Assembly (NCBI GenBank): GCA_001642005.1 | Contig: LWCA01000051.1 | Location: 1-64,000 of the forward strand | DNA: 64,000 nt | Origin: Intoshia linei | Taxonomy: Eukaryota; Animalia; Orthonectida | Direction of reading: 5' to 3' | Part shown: positions 63,347-64,000 of the stretch, piece by piece | Numbering within the stretch: position 1 is the stretch's first letter | Layout: each line of letters starts with the position of its first letter | The notes under the pieces: generated by a model | The model's input: the letters and a program-made list of their open reading frames with translations, nothing else | What the model was told of the DNA's origin: nothing | Databases searched by the model: none | Position numbers and translations under genes: made by a program

Positions 63347-64000
63347 TTGAACACTAGGGGTGTGACCAAATTTTATAAATTAAGTCCTGTATCGGCAAAA
63401 GTTGTAATTGACTACTATCTGTCCGGCCATAAAGGACATGATCACTCCATAATTAGGAGTCACTTGTCCTATGCATGGTTCTCAGTGGTCATATTATCGA
63501 TGATAGCTGAGTCCTTATGGCTCCTTATAGCTGAGCCCCGGATGGAGAGTAGATAAAATATATAACTTCACAAAATGTATACTACTACACGATGTTCCCA
63601 GGGAATTAAATGTTATCATGACAAAGGATAAAAATAAAATGTTTGACTTTAAATCTGTGGTATAGTACGATATATCTTTTGGATTAGCGAAGATAAGCGC
63701 TTATTCATCAGGAGCACTCCCACACCTTTACACTTTCTTTGTAACTTACCTTGCATTCATGACAAATGTGGATTATTTGAACATGATTATTACAAGGGAC
63801 TCTGATACACAGTGTTATACTGATGGCCATACGTGTTGTGCGATATTTAAGAACACAAACGGTATTGCAAACTACTGGATATGTTGCTGATAAAATTATA
63901 GAACCCAAAAAGGACAAAAACAAATTGGTCAGATTCATTAACGAAACCAGACTTAATTTCAAATTCGACTCAGAAGACCTCTCAATGACTGAGGCAATAC
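63347..64000 (+). pseudogene. Endogenous viral element: decayed rhabdovirus-like (Mononegavirales) nucleoprotein, runs off the window
   Basis: Three consecutive frames: VVIDYYLSGHKGHDHSIIRSHLS / CILLHDVPRELNVIMTKDKNKMFDFKSVV*YDISFGLAKISAYSSGALPHLYTFFVTYLAFMTNVDYLN / SVILMAIRVVRYLR. These are colinear with recalled rhabdoviral N blocks, including G(L/I)SxKSPYSS. Two frameshifts, one internal stop, no intron needed. Confidence 0.72.

Noticed and set aside
63708-63962. ORF-track 84-aa minus ORF
   Set aside because: Antisense to the nucleoprotein-like frames, with no motif of its own.

Overview
AT-rich animal nuclear DNA, not prokaryotic. Genes are densely packed and split by many very short (about 30-46 nt) GT-AG introns, so the ORF track shows only exon fragments. 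The pattern fits a highly reduced invertebrate genome such as the orthonectid Intoshia (inference, not verified). Hand-assembled genes, left to right: Ttd14(+), NUDT9(-), a 124-aa orphan ORF(-), a GLD-2/TENT2-like poly(A) polymerase(-) absent from the ORF track, an orphan tandem-RRM-like gene(+), MED6(+), NDUFB4(-, also absent from the track), Elongin C(+), UBR7(-), Meis/homothorax(+), PPM1A/B-type PP2C(-), ASCC3(+), PRPF31(-), TRNT1(+) and a multi-C2H2 zinc-finger gene(-). Larger introns and intergenic gaps hold hAT MITEs with 8-bp TSDs, a TA-flanked Tc1/pogo-type MITE, foldback elements, a DINE/HINE-like family and transposase or RT relics. Most notable: a decayed endogenous viral element at the right edge (about 63347 to >64000) whose spliced-together frames resemble a rhabdovirus-like nucleoprotein, next to a hAT transposase relic. 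Also notable: the GLD-2-like gene lies head-to-head with the RRM-like gene; four convergent gene pairs have stop codons only 16-31 nt apart; ASCC3/PRPF31 form a nearly intronless island; and a gypsy RT snippet sits between 58-bp direct repeats. All homology calls come from recalled family motifs, with no database search. CDS coordinates are gene spans including introns.
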